64,000 nt of DNA from the human T2T-CHM13v2.0 reference genome, Homo sapiens. Shown one piece after another: positions 59,501 through 64,000 of this stretch. Below the pieces are notes generated by a model that saw only the letters and a list, made by a program, of their open reading frames with translations, was not told the origin of the DNA and searched no databases. The stretch's first letter is position 1, and each line of letters starts with the position of its first letter. The position numbers and the translations under genes are program-made. The stretch is taken from NCBI RefSeq assembly GCF_009914755.1, contig NC_060927.1; one strand, written 5' to 3'.

Positions 59501-59825
59501 TTTTCTTTTCTTTTTCTTTTCCTTTTTTTTTTTTTTTTGACACAGGGTCTCACTTTGTTGCTCAGGCTGGAGTGCAGTGGCACAAACATGGCTCACTGCA
59601 ATATTGACCTCCAGGACTCAAGCAATCCTCCCACCTCAGCCCCACAAGTAGCTGAGACTACAGGCGTGCACCACCATGCCTGGCCAATTTTCAGAGAGGG
59701 TTTGGCCATGTTGCCCAGGCTGGTCTTGAACTCCTGAGCTCAAGTAATCTGTCTGTCTCGGCCTCCTTGGCCTCCCAAAATGCTGTGTTGGGATTACAGG
59801 TGTGAGCAAGCCACCATATCCAGTC
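59501..59825 (-). mobile_element. AluJ, antisense
   Basis: Reverse dimer with T tail. Confidence 0.88.
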
Positions 59826-60160
59826 CAGTGAATCTTCATTAATTGAAAACACCATGTAATCAACACCTGGATCAATAAGAACATTACTAGATCTCCAGTA
59901 GCCCCTTATTGCTCCTTTCTAATTATTAACACTAATAATTATAACTTATTGGTTACCCTTGGGTAACCAATATTTTACTTCTATTACCTTATATGATTTT
60001 TTATTTTGAACATTATGTAAATGGAATCATATAGTAATCTTTTTTGTGTCTGACTTATTTCACTCAATTTTTATGATTGTGAAATTCATGCATGCTTTGC
60101 ATATGGTTGTAGATTATTGTCTTTCCTGTATAGTATTCTACTATGTGAATATTCTTCTTC

Positions 60161-60467
60161 CTTTTTTTTTTTTTTTTTTTTTGAGAAGGAGTCTTGCTCT
60201 GTTGCCTAGGCTGGAGTTCAGCGGCATGATCTTGGCTCACTGCAACCTCTGCCTCCCAGTTTAAGCAATTCTCCTACCTCAGCCTCCCAAGTAGCTGGGA
60301 TTACAGATGCCTACAACCATGCCTGGCTAATTTTTTTGTATTTTAGTTGAGATGGGGTTTCACCATGTTGGCCAGGCTGGTCTCGAACTCCCAACCTCAA
60401 GTGATCCACCCCCGCCCCCGGCCTCCCAAAGTGCTGGGATTACAGGCGTGAGCCATCGCGCCTGGTC
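60161..60467 (-). mobile_element. AluS, antisense
   Basis: Reverse dimer; gaatattct on both flanks. Confidence 0.92.
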
Positions 60468-60577
60468 AGAATATTCTAAAATTTATTTATTTCATGAACA
60501 TTCTTATACATATGTTTTCTGGTGAATATATGAATACATTTATGTTGAGTATATATCTAGGACAAAATTTATGTTAG

Positions 60578-61525
60578 TTCAGGCCTTTCTTCTGAACTCT
60601 AGACCTACATATCCAAATCTACTTGACATCTCCATTTATAGGCATTTCAAATTTAACATATTCCAAACCATTTGCTCCTCTTTCTGTGTTCCATGAGTCA
60701 GTAAATGGCTTCTTAATCCATCTAGTTACTTAAGGAGTCATCCTTAATATTCCTTTTTGTTGACCCTTCCCGGCAAACCAATCCGTTATGAAGTCCCTTG
60801 GATACCATTTCTAATTTATACATATCTTGAAATTATCTACCTCTTTCTGTCTCTAACTCCCATTACACTAGTTCAAGCCCCATCATTTCTGGCTTTGCCT
60901 GACGCAACTGCCTCCAAATGGCTTTCCAGCAGCCCTTCTTGCCCTTTTCCACACTATTCTCCACAAACAGCCTGAGTGATTCTTAAATATGCAAATAGGA
61001 TCCTACTTAATAGTCTTTATTAGCTGCCCATTGACCTTGGGCTGAGATGAGACAAGGGCCAGACCATGCTGACTCTTATTGGCCACATTACAGATTTCAG
61101 GCTGTATTTTGGAAGATATCTTAAGGTCAACGGGCAAAGTTTCTCCTTGCTCCCTACACTCCATCCACACTGACTCCCTTTTAGTTCCTAGAGCACAAGA
61201 AGTTCTTTCATGCCCCGACAACCTCACACAATATTTCCTTGGCGGGGAACATTCTCTAAGGCTCTTCAATATGCCTGCCGCTTAAAAGGCACTTATTCAG
61301 AAGTCTTTTCCCTGATAGTCCAAAATTAATTGATCATTGCACCCACTAATTTTCCCTCCCAATACTGACAATTTGTAGTTCTGTAACTATTTATGCTTTA
61401 ATATCTCTTGCTCCAATTACTCCTTAAATTCCATCAAGTGTTATGTCCACTCCTGTAACCCCGTGCTTAACACGGTGCTTGGCACATGGTAAACAGTCAG
61501 GAAATGCCTGTTTAATAATGCATGA
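60578..61525 (+). mobile_element. L2 LINE 3' region
   Basis: ctacttgacatctccatttataggcatttcaaatttaacatattccaaacc...ttaacacggtgcttggcacatggtaaac. Confidence 0.65.
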
Positions 61526-61679
61526 CCGATGCGAAGGCTGGAAGGGGTCGCAGGGTCAGCATCTGGCACTTCTCTGCCATGGTTAGTTTCCTTCTTGTGT
61601 GTGGGAATAGACGGGGCCAGGTCTTCTCCTTGCTCACCCAGAGGGGGCTTTTCTCCCTGTCCCCTTTATAAGTGTCTGC

Positions 61680-62450
61680 TGTAGGGCCGCGTGTGAGAGA
61701 CAAAATGCCTGCAGAAACAGGGCGGCGAGCGGAAGAGATTGGCCCTATTTCTGAAGTCAACGTAGTTCTGTCATCAGAGGATGCTGTACTTTTCTGGCGC
61801 AGGTGCGAGAGAAGCTGCCAATCTCTCCTGGAGCGGGTGGGACTAAGGAGGGCCCCGGGAGCTGGGGGGTTGTTGTGTCCTTCCTGCAGAACCCGATTGG
61901 CCTGGGTGAGCTGAGGGAACGGGGGCGTGGTTTGATTCCGCGGGCGCGAGCCACGTTGGACGCGCCGCAGCGTCGCCGAAAGGTCCCTCCCAGGCCCCAC
62001 AATGCACTTCGGGGCGCGTCACTCGGAGCGGCGGGTCCCGTCTCGACAGGTACTCCCCGGCCCCTCCCAGTCCTCTTCTTCCTTTCTTAGGGGTCGTTCG
62101 AATCCCTGCCGGCCTCTCCCCTCCCGCTCCCTGCCTCTCGCCACAGCCTCGGCCTTCGCCCTCGGGACTGAAGACCTACCCCACGGGCAGGAGCCAAGTC
62201 CGTGCCTTTGGGATGGGAGTCGGGGCCGCGGAGCTCTGGAGGGACGGGCAAGCGGGGACCCCGTCCCCTTCGACTTGAGGGTTCTCTGGGGCCAGGCGGG
62301 CGGCGGTTGCGCCTCGTCTGAGCCGCCTCGGGTGTTGGGCAGCCAGGAAAGGAGAGTTTGAAGGGGAGGGACAGTCGCACTTGGCTGTCAGCATGGTGGT
62401 GGGGATTCCCTGGCGCCCAGGTGTCAGAAACACGGTGATCTACCTGTGTA
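61680..62450 (+). promoter_or_regulatory. SEC22A: CpG-island promoter, probably SEC22A
   Basis: The only CpG-dense island in the window. Motifs: CCAAT/ATTGG boxes at 61738, 61818 and 61896, ETS-like CGGAAG at 61730, GC box GGGGCGTGG at 61922, ZNF143-like CCCACAATGCAC at 61996. Gene name comes from recalled synteny (SEC22A follows PDIA5 on 3q21). Confidence 0.8.
61950..62049 (+). other. SEC22A: Probable non-coding first exon of SEC22A (5' end uncertain)
   Basis: Donor GACAG|gtactc at 62049/62050 inside the CpG island, followed by pyrimidine-rich, intron-like sequence. Confidence 0.6.
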
Positions 62451-63112
62451 GGTGGCCCATGAGAGCTTGAGGTGGCATTTCCTATTTCTTTTAGGCAGAA
62501 TGGGACTTGAACCAGTGTCTTACTTTACGTTTTGTGGGGATGGAGTGAGCCCTGAGCCCAGATATTTGCCCGCGTTGGCTCACGGAAATCTCTTGAGACC
62601 CTGTCTCAAGAGTCACTTTGGGAACGATGTGGCAGAAGGGAGACCTGAGCAATTGGCTCGGCAAGTGGAGGAGGCTTCCAAAAGAAAAGGACAAGCCCCA
62701 GCTGGCTTGAATCTCTCTGCCAGTGAAGACAGCTTAAGATAATTTTTCCCTGCTGCTTAGTTTCCTGGATCATCCACCTGGGGCAGGGGGCGAGCTTGAG
62801 AACCAGTCCCTCCTATGCCTATTCAGCCAAGGCAAAGCCTAGCCCAGAGCAAAAGTATCAGCCACCAGACTGGAGATGTTGGGATCTTCAGTCAGGGGAA
62901 CAGCCACTTTTCAAACTCTGAATCACTTTCCATGTTACTGATATTTGCTTACATGCTAAGATTGTAAGGAATCAGGCAATGCCTTAAACGGTACCTACAA
63001 TTTCTGATATATTAAGGTTCATTCAGTATTTGACTCTGACACCTGTGACCATATCCTAAAGTAATGGGACATTCGGGTATTTCCTATGTTGAAAACCATC
63101 ACATCTGTTTAG

Positions 63113-63116
<4 letters not shown>

Positions 63117-63149
<33 letters not shown>
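63117..63149. repeat. Poly(T) tract
   Basis: About 33 consecutive T with no adjacent Alu body. Confidence 0.95.
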
Positions 63150-63151
<2 letters not shown>

Positions 63152-63254
63152 GTGCAACTGGTTAAAATCGAAGTATATCTTATGTTGGTATATGAAAGAG
63201 GCCTAGGTCTTATCACAGGGGTGCCTGTGACCTTCCTTGAGTGTCTCACAGAGT

Positions 63255-63910
63255 TGTTAGAATTGGGCCTGAGTTTAAATCCCTACTTTGTCACCTACTC
63301 GTTTAGGGATTAAAAAAAATTCCTCAAGCTTTCTGGGCTTGAATTTCCTCAAAGGTAAAATGGAACTAATAATACCTATCTCACAGGTTTTTGGAACGCT
63401 TAAATGAGGTAATGTGTATAAAGTGCGTGGTCCATGGAGAGTAATCAATAAATAATACAGCAAATATTTAATGTAGTGCTTTTAGCATGTTACAAGGCAA
63501 TGTTTCAGGCACTTTACATGATCCTATGAGATAGATACTATTGTCATCTTTAAAACAAGCCTATGAGATAGATGCTATTAGTAGCCACAATATATAGATG
63601 TGGAAATTGAGATATAGAAAGGCAAAGCTTGCCCAAATTTACATGGCTGGTAGATGGTGGAGCCAGGATTAGAACCCAGGCAGCAAGTGAATAGATAGTT
63701 TCTATATCCCTGGTTTCTTGTGTCTTGTTGGTTTTGGGAGACTGATGAAGCATAGTGATGTAGAGATACTAGAAACTTAGACCGAAGTACCAGTTCTGCT
63801 ATATACTAGCAGTGTGACATTGAGAAAGTGAGCCTTAGTTTCCTCATCTGTAAAATGGTGGTTTTACCTACCCAACCGTGAACTATGTGGCACTATAAAA
63901 ATGTTGGGAT
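63255..63910. mobile_element. Cluster of three MIR fragments (+, -, +)
   Basis: MIR cores near 63340 (ttcctcaaaggtaaaatgg), 63600 (gatgtggaaattgag...cttgcccaa) and 63835 (cttagtttcctcatctgtaaaatgg). Confidence 0.65.
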
Positions 63911-64000
63911 TGACACATTTGAGCATGTATTGGGGGCCCTGTCCTAGATGTGGGTAAAATCTGTTGTGAAGCCTGAGGTCTTATACATACTGTGCAGTGC

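Noticed and set aside
61730-61960. Canonical ERSE (CCAAT-N9-CCACG) or ERSE-II in the promoter
   Set aside because: CCAAT and CCACG are both present, but not at the required spacing.
61512-62742. ORFs across the CpG island as SEC22A coding sequence
   Set aside because: No longin- or SNARE-like sequence; these are GC-rich chance ORFs.

Overview
This is primate, almost certainly human, genomic DNA: Alu, L1, MIR, L2 and LTR repeats with GT-AG spliced exons. Bases 1 to about 22,190 hold the 3' part of PDIA5 (PDIR, an ER protein disulfide isomerase) on the + strand. Six coding exons splice in frame to give the CGHC and CPHC thioredoxin active sites and a C-terminal KEEL ER-retrieval signal, followed by a short 3' UTR with a tandem AATAAA/ATTAAA signal. 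The 3' end of the last intron is a tailed-mirtron hairpin that I recognise as MIR7110. About 22.2-61.5 kb is intergenic, AT-rich and densely packed with nested transposons. A CpG island at about 61.7-62.45 kb is a promoter with a probable non-coding first exon; I assign it to SEC22A from recalled gene order, since none of its coding sequence is in the window. Almost all ORFs in the supplied track are artefacts of repeats or chance. I found no convincing new protein-coding system. The best leads are inverted Alus bracketing two PDIA5 exons (circRNA candidate), a ~430-bp CCTG/CCTT intronic repeat, a direct-inverted-direct micro-triplication, a perfect hairpin at the symmetry axis of an inverted Alu pair, a 363-nt in-frame exon module, and an STR shared by a splice acceptor and a miRNA stem. 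Repeat subfamily names and boundaries were read by eye and are approximate.
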